DNA of 55,729 nt, taken from IMG/VR virus record IMGVR_UViG_3300045988_139511, positions 1 to 55,729 of that record; one strand, written 5' to 3'. The translations under genes were made by a program, and so were the position numbers. Position 1 is the first letter of the stretch. Every line of letters starts with the position of its first letter. The DNA is from a virus. Below the pieces are notes generated by a model. That model was not told the origin of the DNA and did not search any database. It saw nothing but the letters and a program-made list of their open reading frames with translations. Below, in pieces: positions 35,321 to 45,780 of this stretch.

Positions 35321-35351
35321 GAGGCAGTCTCAAAAGCTGTCTCTTTTATTT
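35321..35351 (+). terminator. Intrinsic terminator
   Basis: GAGGCAG/CTGTCTC hairpin plus TTTTATTTT. Confidence 0.6.
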
Positions 35352-35369
35352 TAGCTAAGGTAAAAGAAA

Positions 35370-35387
35370 TTGATTATTAATATTCAA
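35370..35387. promoter_or_regulatory. 18-bp AT palindrome (copy 7, TTGATTATTAATATTCAA)
   Basis: Exact reverse orientation of copy 6. Confidence 0.5.
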
Positions 35388-35415
35388 GTATTTAATTTTG
35401 GGAGGAATAAACACT

Positions 35416-35721
35416 ATGAAAAAATTTGTAACTATTAACGCTGATAAGGCTAGAAATTTAAGATATACATTTAACTCATTAATGATATTAGAGGAGCAAT
35501 TAGATAAGCCTATTACTGAGTTAGGTAACAATATCTCATTTAAAGATATTAATTTACTTGTATGGGCTGGACTATTACATGAGGAGCCAGCACTAACTAG
35601 AGAGCAAGCTGGGGACATTATCGACGCTTGTATAGAAAATGAAGGACTACAGGTATTAATTGAAAAGGCAGGACAGGCTCTGTCTGCTACATTTGGTAAC
35701 ACAGTTAAGCCAAAAAAGTAG
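35416..35721 (+). CDS. Tail assembly chaperone (gpG-like)
   Basis: GGGAGG SD then ATG 35416; precedes the tape measure gene. Confidence 0.65.
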   Translation: MKKFVTINADKARNLRYTFNSLMILEEQLDKPITELGNNISFKDINLLVWAGLLHEEPALTREQAGDIIDACIENEGLQVLIEKAGQALSATFGNTVKPKK

Positions 35722-36110
35722 TAGGCTCAGCTGATACTGGATACATGGAGGGGGAGGCTGTTTTAGCTCCTCCTCCTTCTTTTTTTGACATATTAGAGGA
35801 ATACTACGGAGCCTGTGTGGGGGACTTACATATAGCTCCATCTGAGTTTTGGTTAATGACGCCAGCTGAGGCAGAGATAGCTGTAAAGTACAACACTAAG
35901 AGCAGATTAACTCTTTTAGATAATGCTAGCTTTGCTGTTTATAACTCTATAGGTAAAGCTCTAGGAGGCAAGAAGTGGGAGCCATTATTTAGTAAGGCTG
36001 AGCAAAAACAAAAGCAAGCAGAGACAAAGATAAACAAAGAAGATAAGCAGAAAGAGCTTAACTACTTAAAAGAATTATTTAAGAAAAATAAGGAGGAGTA
36101 TAATGGCTAG
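35416..36110 (+). CDS. Tail assembly chaperone frameshift fusion (gpGT-like), -1 shift at 35718
   Basis: The downstream ORF (35745..36110) is in the -1 frame and has no SD of its own. Confidence 0.6.
35712..35718 (+). other. Programmed -1 frameshift slippery heptamer A_AAA_AAG
   Basis: CCA AAA AAG TAG in the zero frame. The -1 frame stays open from here to 36110. Confidence 0.7.
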
Positions 36111-38922
36111 TAATGATATTTTAGTAACGCTGAGAGCCGATATGAAGGACTTACAAAATTCCTTTAAGAGCTTACAGAATAATCTAACTGGTGCTGAAAA
36201 GAATACTACTAGCCTATCTAATGTACTAAGTAAGATAGGTAAGGTAGCTGGTCTAGCTGTATTAGGTAAGCAGGTAATAGACTTAGGCAAGGACATAGTA
36301 GAGACTGGTAAGAGCTTTGAGTATGAAATGAGTAAAGTTAGTGCTATATCAGGAGCTACAGGAGATGACTTTATAGCTCTTACTAATTTAGCTAAAGAGC
36401 TAGGCTCTACTACAGCTTTTAGTGCCTCAGAGGCGTCTCAGGGTATGCAGTATTTATCCATGGCAGGCTGGAAAACTCAGGATATAATGGCAGGTCTACC
36501 AGCTATCCTAAATTTATCTATAGCCTCAGGTTCAAACCTTGCAAGAGTAGCAGATATAGCGTCGGACGCTATGACAGGTTTCGGTATGCAAGCTAACGAG
36601 GCTGGACACTTTGCCGACGTGTTAGCATATGCAAGCTCTAACGCTAACGTAAACGTAGAATTATTAGGAGAGAGCTTTAAGTACGTAGCTCCATTAGCTC
36701 AAACTACTAACCAATCTATGGAGACTGTGGCTAGTGCTATCTCTAAATTAGGAGACGCCGGTATTAAGGGAAGTGAGGCCGGTACAGCTTTAAGAGCAAT
36801 ACTTAACAGATTAGCGTCAGGTAATGCCTCAACAGTTAAGGCTATGAATGAGCTAGGAGTAGCTATCTATGATAATGACGGTAAAATGAGAAGTATTAAT
36901 ACTATCATAGGGGATGTTACAAGAGCTACGGCTGGAATGAGCGACGAGCAGAAAAATAATTATTTCACTATGATAGCAGGTATGGAGGCTCTATCAGCGT
37001 GGAACGTATTAATGGGAGTTGGTGAGGAAGGACTTAACAGCTTTACAGCAGAGTTAGAAAAAGCTGACGGCTCAGCTCAGGCCATGGCTGATACTATGTC
37101 CGATAACCTTAAAGGCTCTATTGATAGCTTAGAGAGTGCTTTGGAAGGTCTTAAAATAGCTCTTTATGAGAAAGTTAAGGAGCCAGTAAGAGCCGTGGTG
37201 GACGGTATTACTGAGGCTATTGACTGGGTAATGAATTTAGATAAATGGTTTAACGCCCATAAAAGTACTGTTATAGCTCTAGGTAGTGCTTTTCTAATCC
37301 TGACAGCTGGTATAGCTGGCTTTAATTTATATTTAAAGTCAGGGGCTATCATAGGAGGACTAACTACATTAGCTAAAACTATATCCACAGTTATTAAAGT
37401 AGCGTGGGGCTTAAATGTAGCCTTTTTAGCTAATCCTGCTACGTGGGTAGCTATGGGTATTATGGCTCTTGTATTAGCTGGTATAGCTCTATGGAAGAAC
37501 TGGGATACTGTTAAGGCTAAAGCTGTAGAAGTATGGGGAACTATTAAGGAGGTTTTCTCTCAAACGTGGGAGGCTATAAAAACTAAGTGTTCTGAGATAT
37601 GGAACGCTGTAAAAGGGTATCTATTAGAAGTGTGGAACTCTATTAAAGAGGTGGCTAGCTCAGTATGGACAGCTATATCTAACTTCTTTGTATCTATATG
37701 GGAAGGTATAAAAAATTGCTTTAATATAGCCTTAGAGTTTATTAAAGGTATTGTATCAACTGTATTTACTGTAGTTAAGACCATTGTAGAGACTATATGG
37801 AACGCTATAGTAGCTGTATTCCAAGCTGTTTGGGATAAAATAGGTGGAATAGTTAAGGTTGCTGTAGGTATTGTTAGAGCTATTATTGTGGGAACTTTTC
37901 AAGCTATTATGATATTTATAGCTATGATATGGACAGGTATTTGTACTGTATTTAAAACAGCGTGGGACTACTTAAAGAAAACAGTATTTAAGTATGTAAC
38001 TGATATATACAATGACATTAAAAATAAATTTAATGAAGTTAAAACATATATAACAAATATAGTCAACGAGTGGAAAACTATCATATTAAATAAGTGGACC
38101 GAGATTAGAACTAATGTACTAAATAAGGTCAATGAGGTTAAGACTGATATAGTTAATAAATGGAACGATATTAAATCTTATTTATTCTCTAAACTTACTG
38201 AAATTAAAAATGACGTAGTTAATAAGTGGAATGAAATTAAGAATAATATTGTTAACCTAGTAACTAATATCAAGACAGCTTTATTAAATAAGTGGAATGA
38301 GATTAAGACAGACGCTTTAAATAAGTGGAACGCTGTAAAGGCTGACGCTATGGCTGTTTGGAATAATGTCAAGTCTGCTATTATGACGCCTGTTAATAAT
38401 ATAAAAACTAATGTAACTAATGCTTTTAACTCTCTAAAGTCAAATGTATTAGGAGCGTGGAACGGTATTAAATCAGGTATAGCTGGAGTAGTCAACGGTA
38501 TCATTAGAATGATAAATAGTATGATAGGAGCTATGAATAAATTTAGCTTTGACGTGCCTGAGTGGGTACCTGTAATGGGGGGTAAGAGCTTTGGTTTTAA
38601 TATCCCTAAGATACCTGAGGTTAGCTGGCACGCTAAAGGTGGTATATTCACTAAGCCAACTGTAATAGGTAATCACGGCTTTGGTGAGGCTGGTAAGGAG
38701 GCTATATTACCACTACACAAGTTACCAAAGTTAATAGGTATAGATAAACAGCAGGAGCTTATAGATAAAATCTTAGCAGGTGAGGCTGGAGCTACTGGTG
38801 GAGGTAATACTTCTATCCATATTGAACATTTTGAGAACAACAGAGAGCAGGACGTAGCACAGCTAGCTAAAGAGTTAGAGTACTACAGACAACGCTACAA
38901 TTTTGCTAAGGGGGTAAGATAA
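36103..38922 (+). CDS. Tape measure protein
   Basis: 939 aa, TMP N-terminal domain, central TM helices, NKWNEIK-type Trp repeats. Confidence 0.85.
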   Translation: MASNDILVTLRADMKDLQNSFKSLQNNLTGAEKNTTSLSNVLSKIGKVAGLAVLGKQVIDLGKDIVETGKSFEYEMSKVSAISGATGDDFIALTNLAKELGSTTAFSASEASQGMQYLSMAGWKTQDIMAGLPAILNLSIASGSNLARVADIASDAMTGFGMQANEAGHFADVLAYASSNANVNVELLGESFKYVAPLAQTTNQSMETVASAISKLGDAGIKGSEAGTALRAILNRLASGNASTVKAMNELGVAIYDNDGKMRSINTIIGDVTRATAGMSDEQKNNYFTMIAGMEALSAWNVLMGVGEEGLNSFTAELEKADGSAQAMADTMSDNLKGSIDSLESALEGLKIALYEKVKEPVRAVVDGITEAIDWVMNLDKWFNAHKSTVIALGSAFLILTAGIAGFNLYLKSGAIIGGLTTLAKTISTVIKVAWGLNVAFLANPATWVAMGIMALVLAGIALWKNWDTVKAKAVEVWGTIKEVFSQTWEAIKTKCSEIWNAVKGYLLEVWNSIKEVASSVWTAISNFFVSIWEGIKNCFNIALEFIKGIVSTVFTVVKTIVETIWNAIVAVFQAVWDKIGGIVKVAVGIVRAIIVGTFQAIMIFIAMIWTGICTVFKTAWDYLKKTVFKYVTDIYNDIKNKFNEVKTYITNIVNEWKTIILNKWTEIRTNVLNKVNEVKTDIVNKWNDIKSYLFSKLTEIKNDVVNKWNEIKNNIVNLVTNIKTALLNKWNEIKTDALNKWNAVKADAMAVWNNVKSAIMTPVNNIKTNVTNAFNSLKSNVLGAWNGIKSGIAGVVNGIIRMINSMIGAMNKFSFDVPEWVPVMGGKSFGFNIPKIPEVSWHAKGGIFTKPTVIGNHGFGEAGKEAILPLHKLPKLIGIDKQQELIDKILAGEAGATGGGNTSIHIEHFENNREQDVAQLAKELEYYRQRYNFAKGVR

Positions 38923-39635
38923 TGAGTACTAGAAGGGATAAGAGAGGTTATTTCTTTGTTTACAATGGAGTATCTTCTAAACAGTTTAAGATAGGTATAA
39001 AGACAGCTCCTATAAGGACTATACCTGAGAGAAAAGTAAATACTATAGAGGTGCCGTTTAGAGACGGCTCCCTTACTTTAGATACTGGTACTTACGGTAC
39101 ATTTACTATAGATTTTGAGTGTCTAGTAGTGGGGAGCTTTACTCCTCAGCACATTAGAAAAATAAAACGCTGGTTATCTGAGCCTTTTGGTAAGTTGCAA
39201 GTAAGCGACGAGCTGGAGCTGGAGTACGAGGCTAAAATGATAAGTAAGGTAGATTTTGAGGAGTTAGTAGAAAATACTGGCTCTTTTTTAATTACCTTTG
39301 AGTGTCAGCCTTACGCTCACTATAGGCAGGGGCTTTGTCTGCATACTGTCTCAAATAATACAGAGATACATAATGAGACAGATACTATAGCTCTACCGTA
39401 TATGAAGGTCTACGGCTCAGGGAATATAACATTAACTCTTAACGGTGAGCCTATTACCTTTAAGGGAGTATCTGAATATATAGAGGTAGATAGTGAGCTA
39501 ATGGAGTGCTTTAAGGACGACAATGTACTTAATGACAAAATGATAGGTAATTTCCCCATCTTTAAAGTGGGAATAAATACTATTGTATCAAATGCCTCAA
39601 AGATAGATATTTTACCACGCTGGAGAGCCTTATAA
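38922..39635 (+). CDS. Distal tail protein (Dit)
   Basis: 237 aa immediately after the TMP. Confidence 0.65.
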   Translation: MSTRRDKRGYFFVYNGVSSKQFKIGIKTAPIRTIPERKVNTIEVPFRDGSLTLDTGTYGTFTIDFECLVVGSFTPQHIRKIKRWLSEPFGKLQVSDELELEYEAKMISKVDFEELVENTGSFLITFECQPYAHYRQGLCLHTVSNNTEIHNETDTIALPYMKVYGSGNITLTLNGEPITFKGVSEYIEVDSELMECFKDDNVLNDKMIGNFPIFKVGINTIVSNASKIDILPRWRAL

Positions 39636-39677
39636 TATAGGACTACTCCTGTACTTATAAGTAGGAGGGGATAACGA

Positions 39678-41852
39678 ATGATAACACTATATAAACCAAC
39701 TGAGACGGACTTTACACATAACGGGGAGGCTGTCTTAGATAATATAACCATATCAGCTGTTATCCTTCATAAACTTAATGGGGAGTACTCTTTAGAAATT
39801 GAGTTATCGAAGGACGACAGAGGCAAATATAAATTATTAAGACAGCACAGTATTATTAAGGCGTGTGGTCAGCTATTTAGACTGTACTCTCAGGAGAATA
39901 TACAAGATACAGAGGTAAAGATAAAGGCTGTATTATACCACATTACTTATGATATTAACTTAGATATTATAGAGGACTACAGAGCTGTAGACTGTAAAGC
40001 AGACTTTGCATTAAGTAAGGTAGTGCTAGATAAGAGATTTACTGTATTAGAGACAGATATTGAGACTATTAGTACAGCCTACTTTGTGGACGAGCTACCA
40101 TTTGACGGTATACATAAAAAGATACTAGAAAGGTGGGGAGGAGAGCTATTACAGGATAATTTTAATATAGGTATTAAAAAGACTATAGGTATTATATCTC
40201 CAATAGCTGTAACATTTAGAAAGAATATAGCAGGCTTTACGGAGACTAGAGACTATAAGGGAGTATATACAAGAATTAAGCCAGTAGGTAAAGACGGTAT
40301 CACTATAGGAGACGTTAATAATGGAGACGACTGGTTAGTATCTCCTAGAGCTGGAGACTACTTTAAGGTATTATCTGCTGTACTTAAATTTGAGGATATA
40401 GAAAGTCCTTTGGAGCTAAAAGGTAAAGTATTAAATGAGCTTTGGGGAGTAGTAGACCTGCCTGTAGTATCTTTTAAAATAGACTTTATAGACCTATCGA
40501 ATACAGTAGAGTATAAGAGATTTAGTAACCTTAGGGGTCTTAATACTGGGGATACTATAAAAATATATCACGAGTATTTTAATGTAAACCTAGTAGCTAA
40601 GGTACAGGAGACTAAGCGTAACGCCATTACTGGTGAGGTTGAGGAGTTAGTATTAGGAGACCTAGTTAATGACTTTATACAAGGAGTACAGAGTGCTGTA
40701 GAGGACTATGTAGAAAAAAAGGGTAATACTGTTCTTAAACAGACTAAAGATATGATAAGCCTAGAAGTGTCTGAGGTAAGAAAGGAAATGGAGACCAGCT
40801 ACGACGAGCTAGGTAATGCTATAGAAAGCACTAACGAGGTAGTAACTACTTTAAAGGGTAAGCTATCAGTAACAGCTGAGGAAATTAGAGGAGAGTTATC
40901 TAACCTAAAGGAATACGCTGACGGTAGAATAGACAGTAATACGGCGCTTATCTCTCAGACAGCTACTGAGATTAGGGGAGAGGTAGCTAATGAGGTAAAA
41001 GGACTGGACGGTAAAATATCTAGTAATACGTCTCTAATATCTCAAACAGCTACTAATATTAGGTCTGAGATTTCTAATAAGGTAAAAGGGCTAGACGGCA
41101 AAATATCTAGTAATACGTCTCTTATAAATCAGACAGCCTCAGATATACGGTCAGAGGTATCTAAGAGCGTGGACACGCTAGACGGTAAAATAGCTACAGC
41201 AAACAGTAGCATACATCAGAACGCTAGTAGTATTTCTACTAACATCTCAGAGGTAAATAAAGTCAAAAATAAAGTTAGTGGATTAGAGACTATAGTAAGT
41301 TCAAATACTACTAGTATTAGTCAAACGGCTAATAAGGTGGAGATAGTGGCTCAGGCTCAGGCTGACGGTATCTTAAAAGGTAAGACTTATACTTTTGACG
41401 GTAGTGGCTTTAAAATAGGGGGAACTGGTACAACAAAAGCTGAGCATACTGATACATATAGTAAATGGATACATAGCGACGGCTCTTATACTAAGATAGG
41501 TACGACTGGGCTAGAGAGATACTCTAGTAATTTTAATGGAGGTAAGCCATATCAGTACTACACTTATTTAGGCTCAATATATGGGGCCACATCTAATACC
41601 TATGTGCGCTGTAATTTTCCTGAGGAGTTCAAAGGTAAGGACTATGTAGTAAGCTGGTGGGCTGGTAATGCTATACCTGAAAATCATTCGGACTTAATAT
41701 ACGTATGTAACGTAGAAATGTACGACGAGAGTACTAAAGGCTTAGGATACGTAACAGTATTACCTAAATTAATGGTGCGTAATCCTAACAGCTCTGAAAC
41801 ATATCCAGCCTACAGAGGAAAATTAAATGTTATGTATATGGGCTTTTTATAA
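39678..41852 (+). CDS. Tail-associated lysin / Tal-type baseplate hub with coiled-coil repeats
   Basis: N-terminal LYKPTETDFTHNGEAVL prophage-tail-endopeptidase-type start; repeated SSNTSLISQTAT.IRSE units. Confidence 0.65.
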   Translation: MITLYKPTETDFTHNGEAVLDNITISAVILHKLNGEYSLEIELSKDDRGKYKLLRQHSIIKACGQLFRLYSQENIQDTEVKIKAVLYHITYDINLDIIEDYRAVDCKADFALSKVVLDKRFTVLETDIETISTAYFVDELPFDGIHKKILERWGGELLQDNFNIGIKKTIGIISPIAVTFRKNIAGFTETRDYKGVYTRIKPVGKDGITIGDVNNGDDWLVSPRAGDYFKVLSAVLKFEDIESPLELKGKVLNELWGVVDLPVVSFKIDFIDLSNTVEYKRFSNLRGLNTGDTIKIYHEYFNVNLVAKVQETKRNAITGEVEELVLGDLVNDFIQGVQSAVEDYVEKKGNTVLKQTKDMISLEVSEVRKEMETSYDELGNAIESTNEVVTTLKGKLSVTAEEIRGELSNLKEYADGRIDSNTALISQTATEIRGEVANEVKGLDGKISSNTSLISQTATNIRSEISNKVKGLDGKISSNTSLINQTASDIRSEVSKSVDTLDGKIATANSSIHQNASSISTNISEVNKVKNKVSGLETIVSSNTTSISQTANKVEIVAQAQADGILKGKTYTFDGSGFKIGGTGTTKAEHTDTYSKWIHSDGSYTKIGTTGLERYSSNFNGGKPYQYYTYLGSIYGATSNTYVRCNFPEEFKGKDYVVSWWAGNAIPENHSDLIYVCNVEMYDESTKGLGYVTVLPKLMVRNPNSSETYPAYRGKLNVMYMGFL

Positions 41853-41854
41853 AA

Positions 41855-41872
41855 TTGAATATTAATAATCAA
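41855..41872. promoter_or_regulatory. 18-bp AT palindrome (copy 8, TTGAATATTAATAATCAA)
   Basis: Identical to copies 6 and 9. Confidence 0.5.
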
Positions 41873-41886
41873 AAGGGAGAGATATA

Positions 41887-42171
41887 ATGTTTATTATATA
41901 TAGCAAACAAACAGGAAATATAATATCAGCTACAGGCTCAGACCTGTATACAACTATAAAGGATATGTACCCAGTATCCTATATAGATTATGAGATAGTA
42001 TACGACTGTATGAATATATCAACTGACGAGGCTGTATTACAGGATATTAACGGATACAGAGTGGACCTAGAGACAAAGGAGATAGTACCTGTTGGTACTA
42101 AGAAATACACTATAGAGGAGCTAATGTCTTTAGGTCTATTATCTGAAAAAGACTTATATAAACTTAGATAA
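41887..42171 (+). CDS. Hypothetical protein
   Basis: 94-aa ORF with a GGGAGAG SD. Confidence 0.5.
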   Translation: MFIIYSKQTGNIISATGSDLYTTIKDMYPVSYIDYEIVYDCMNISTDEAVLQDINGYRVDLETKEIVPVGTKKYTIEELMSLGLLSEKDLYKLR

Positions 42172-42188
42172 ATTACTTATTAAATACC

Positions 42189-42211
42189 GTATTTACTGTG
42201 CTAGATAGTAG
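42189..42211 (+). promoter_or_regulatory. 23-nt late-region motif GTATTTACTGTGCTAGATAGTAG (copy 2 of 2)
   Basis: 20/23 identical to 26805-26827; upstream of the tail fibre gene. Confidence 0.4.
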
Positions 42212-42245
42212 ATATGGTATCATTTTTTTTTAAAGGAGGAATACA

Positions 42246-45200
42246 ATGGCTAATAGAACGTACTGTATGTTAATTGATATTAAAAGAGACATATTTGAGA
42301 TTATAAAACTTAAGCCAATAGATACAGGTAATAAGCTACACATAAAATTTTCTGAGGACGGAAAACCTGTAGACCTTACAGGACAAACTGTAAAATTTAT
42401 AGCTAAAAAGCCTGACGGTACAGGTGTTTATAATTTTGCTGAAATAATCGACGCTAGGGCTGGAGAGATAGAGGTAAAAATAACTAATCAGATGACAGCC
42501 GTAGATGGAGAGCTTGATTGTGAGATAGAGATAGAGGGTAAAGAGTTAATTACTACTATGACCTTTTATATTACAGTAGATAGAAAATTAAATGACGGTG
42601 ATTTTATAGAGAGTACTAATGAGTTTACAGTATTACAAAAAGCTATTAGAGACTCCTACGAGGCTATAGAGCTAATGGAGACTAAGACTAACACTAAATT
42701 AGAGCAGGTACAGTCTCAGGTAAATACAGCTATAAAAGGTATGAATAGTAAGGCTGATACTAAGTTATCACAGTTACAGTCTCAGGTAAATACAGCTATA
42801 TCTAATATGAATAATACTACTAATACTAAGCTGGCTCAGTTACAGGCTCAGGTAAATACAGCTATTGAGGGAATGAATGAGACAACTGATACAAAGTTAG
42901 TGGACCTACAGCAACAAGTAACAACAGCTATTGCTAGTATGAATAGTAAGGCTGATACTAAGTTAACACAGGTACAGTCTCAGGTAAATAATAAGCTAAC
43001 AGCTATACAGGGACAAGTTGATACATTAGGTTCAACTCTTACTAAAAAGGTAAATGATAAGGTAACAGAGGTTACAGCTACTCAAAATACATTGACTAGT
43101 AAAGTAAATGCTAAGATAGTAGAGTTTACTAATACTGTTAATACTAAAATTACAGAACACACTAGCACTATTAACTCAAAAGTAGCTGAGGTTGATAATA
43201 AGTTACAAACTGTAAATAATAAAATATCAGAGGTTAACTCAACTGTCTCAAATGCTAATTCGACAGTAACGGTATTAAAGAGGGACGTATCTACGGCTAT
43301 AGCTGGTATAGATACTAAGATGGACAGTAAATTAGCTAATAAGTCAGATAAAAATCACACTCACACATCAATACTGGCTACTAATTTATCAGGACAAACA
43401 GTATCTTTAGATACATATAACCTAGCGTCAGGCTCTCCTCAGGTGGCTCATTACTATTGTCCAACTGATGGAGGGGGTAGTGGTATTACTGGTAGACCTA
43501 ACGATAACACTAAGAGCGCCTTTTCTTTAAAGGTCGAGATAATTAGGTGGGCTAATTCTACAGACTATATAACTAAACAAACATATATAAGAGGTGCCGA
43601 GAAGGTTATATATATAAGATATTGTACTAATGGTACGTGGTCAGCGTGGGAAAAGGTGTATACTTCAAACAATAAACCTACTCCAGCAGATATAGGAGCG
43701 TCAGCTAGTAACCATACTCACGACAGCGTGTATCTAGGTAAAACAGCTAAGGCTACAAGTGCTACAATAGCTGATACTGCTAAAGCTGTGGAGTGGGCTA
43801 ATGTAACTGGAAAACCTACTTCATTCGCTCCCACTAGTCATAACCATGATAGTAGTTACTTAAAGCTAAGTGGTGGAAAAATATCTATGGCTGATTATTA
43901 TGGCTTAGTTATCCAAAGAAATCACGCAAGTAATGGAAGTAGTATAGCTTTTAGTAATACTACTGAACAGTTAGGGGGCGTTGGCTTCCAAACTGGTAAA
44001 TTTGTAGTTAGTAGTGGGACTAATACACATGGAGACTTAATGTTAATTACGGCTACTGACGTTACACTAGGCAGTAAAAATGTTACAGCGAGTAAATTTA
44101 CCGGAGCCTTGTCAGGTAATGCCTCAACGGCTACTACGCTACAAACAGCTAGAACTATTAACGGTACGTCTTTTAACGGTAGTGCTAATATAACAACAGC
44201 CAACTGGGGTACAGCTAGAAATATTACTATAGGTAGTACAACTAAATCTGTAAACGGCTCAGCTAACGTAAGCTGGTCTCTATCTGAAATAGGAGCTAGT
44301 GCAAGTAACCATACACATAGTTATCTACCTTTAAGTGGTGGGACTATGACAGGTAAGATAACTACTAGTCATAATACTACTACCTATATAGCAGGTAATC
44401 AGGGTAATGCTTTAATAAACTCCTCAACTACAGCAGGAGCCTACGTTATGCTTTATAGATACCCTTCTAATAATGGTTATTTTACTATGGGAGGCTATCA
44501 AGATAAATACTTATTACAGTATACAAATAAGTCTACCGTAGACGCTGGGACTAACACAGTTAATAAGTCAGTAACATTATTAGATGAGAGTGGTAACACT
44601 AGATTTGCAGGGACAGTATCAGCTCCTACATTTACCGGAGCCTTATCAGGTAACGCCTCAACGACTACAAAGTTACAAACAGCTAGAACTATTAACGGTA
44701 CGTCATTTGATGGTACTGGAAATATTACTACAGCTAACTGGGGTACAGCTAGGACTATTACAATAGGTAATACTAGTAAGTCTGTTAATGGGGCTGGTAA
44801 TGTAAGCTGGTCTCTATCTGAAATAGGGGCTAGTACAGGTGCTGTAGCTAATACGGTAGCACAGAGAGACCATAACTCCGACCTTAGTGTTAGATTAGTT
44901 AGGGCTACATATAGCGACCAAACATCTATATCAGGAGCCTTAGCATTTAGAGTAAATAATAATTCTGACAACTATGTAAGATTTTGCTCTAATACTACAG
45001 CTATAAAAAACTGGTTAGGATTAGGCAGTATTCCTACACACGCTCCGTTAATAACTAATCTTAACTCTCAATTACAGAGTGGCTGGTATAGTTTAAATCC
45101 TAGTACCTCAGGTAGACCGTCAGGTGTGGACTATGGAGTAGTACTGCAAATGAAGTGGTATAACGGTGCCGACTTCTATCAGATATGTATAACCTCTGAT

Positions 45201-45263
45201 AACGCTAGGATGTATACTAGAGGTTATATTAATGGGGGATATACTAGTTGGAATGAAAAATAG
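42246..45263 (+). CDS. Tail fibre / receptor-binding protein with a BppU-like N-terminus
   Basis: BppU_N-like start (DTGNKLHIKF...GQTVKFIAKKPDG), TKL.Q.QSQVNTAI coiled-coil repeats, internal ~205-bp duplication. Confidence 0.75.
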   Translation: MANRTYCMLIDIKRDIFEIIKLKPIDTGNKLHIKFSEDGKPVDLTGQTVKFIAKKPDGTGVYNFAEIIDARAGEIEVKITNQMTAVDGELDCEIEIEGKELITTMTFYITVDRKLNDGDFIESTNEFTVLQKAIRDSYEAIELMETKTNTKLEQVQSQVNTAIKGMNSKADTKLSQLQSQVNTAISNMNNTTNTKLAQLQAQVNTAIEGMNETTDTKLVDLQQQVTTAIASMNSKADTKLTQVQSQVNNKLTAIQGQVDTLGSTLTKKVNDKVTEVTATQNTLTSKVNAKIVEFTNTVNTKITEHTSTINSKVAEVDNKLQTVNNKISEVNSTVSNANSTVTVLKRDVSTAIAGIDTKMDSKLANKSDKNHTHTSILATNLSGQTVSLDTYNLASGSPQVAHYYCPTDGGGSGITGRPNDNTKSAFSLKVEIIRWANSTDYITKQTYIRGAEKVIYIRYCTNGTWSAWEKVYTSNNKPTPADIGASASNHTHDSVYLGKTAKATSATIADTAKAVEWANVTGKPTSFAPTSHNHDSSYLKLSGGKISMADYYGLVIQRNHASNGSSIAFSNTTEQLGGVGFQTGKFVVSSGTNTHGDLMLITATDVTLGSKNVTASKFTGALSGNASTATTLQTARTINGTSFNGSANITTANWGTARNITIGSTTKSVNGSANVSWSLSEIGASASNHTHSYLPLSGGTMTGKITTSHNTTTYIAGNQGNALINSSTTAGAYVMLYRYPSNNGYFTMGGYQDKYLLQYTNKSTVDAGTNTVNKSVTLLDESGNTRFAGTVSAPTFTGALSGNASTTTKLQTARTINGTSFDGTGNITTANWGTARTITIGNTSKSVNGAGNVSWSLSEIGASTGAVANTVAQRDHNSDLSVRLVRATYSDQTSISGALAFRVNNNSDNYVRFCSNTTAIKNWLGLGSIPTHAPLITNLNSQLQSGWYSLNPSTSGRPSGVDYGVVLQMKWYNGADFYQICITSDNARMYTRGYINGGYTSWNEK

Positions 45264-45273
45264 GAGGTAATTT

Positions 45274-45780
45274 ATGTATAGAGTTTATTTGAATATAGAG
45301 ACTAATATAGTAGAGCAGGTATTTGACTTAACAGCAGAGCCTGCTCTAACCGATACGCTAAAAGAAGATACTTTTGGTAATGGAATGTACTGCATAGATA
45401 CAGAGGAGCCTGTAGGCTTTAATCAAAAGTATAATGCCGATACTGAGACATTTGAGATTAATCCTGACTATGTTGAGCCTGATACTACAGTAATACCTAA
45501 TAAGGCTGACGTAGTAGAGAAAAAAACAAAAGAATTAGAAATAGGTATATATCTAACTCAAAGCGCCGTTGACTTCTTGTTAATGTCAACTGCGTCTGAG
45601 ATTAGTATAAAAAATATAAAAGAAAAAGGAGATAAAACTATTATGGCTGGATATTTAGCAATGAGAATTATTAAGGGAATGTTAAACTACAAAGAGGTTA
45701 TTATGAGATACCCTGAGTACAAAGAGGAAATTGATTTTATATTAAAAGCTGAGGGAAAAGGTGATTTAATAGTAGCATAA
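45274..45780 (+). CDS. Hypothetical protein (possible fibre assembly factor)
   Basis: The call rests on position only. Confidence 0.4.
   Translation: MYRVYLNIETNIVEQVFDLTAEPALTDTLKEDTFGNGMYCIDTEEPVGFNQKYNADTETFEINPDYVEPDTTVIPNKADVVEKKTKELEIGIYLTQSAVDFLLMSTASEISIKNIKEKGDKTIMAGYLAMRIIKGMLNYKEVIMRYPEYKEEIDFILKAEGKGDLIVA

Noticed and set aside
38178-38651. Long minus-strand ORFs inside the tape measure, tail fibre, SleB and other + strand genes (e.g. 38178-38651, 44498-44971, 18068-18442, 6401-6754, 39410-39751)
   Set aside because: These are shadow ORFs antisense to well-supported genes. They have low-complexity Ser/Leu/Ile-rich translations and no SD sequences.
44097-44840. Tail fibre internal repeats as a template/variable-region pair of a diversity-generating retroelement
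   Set aside because: There is no reverse transcriptase or Avd-like gene in the genome. The mismatches between the copies are not restricted to adenines.
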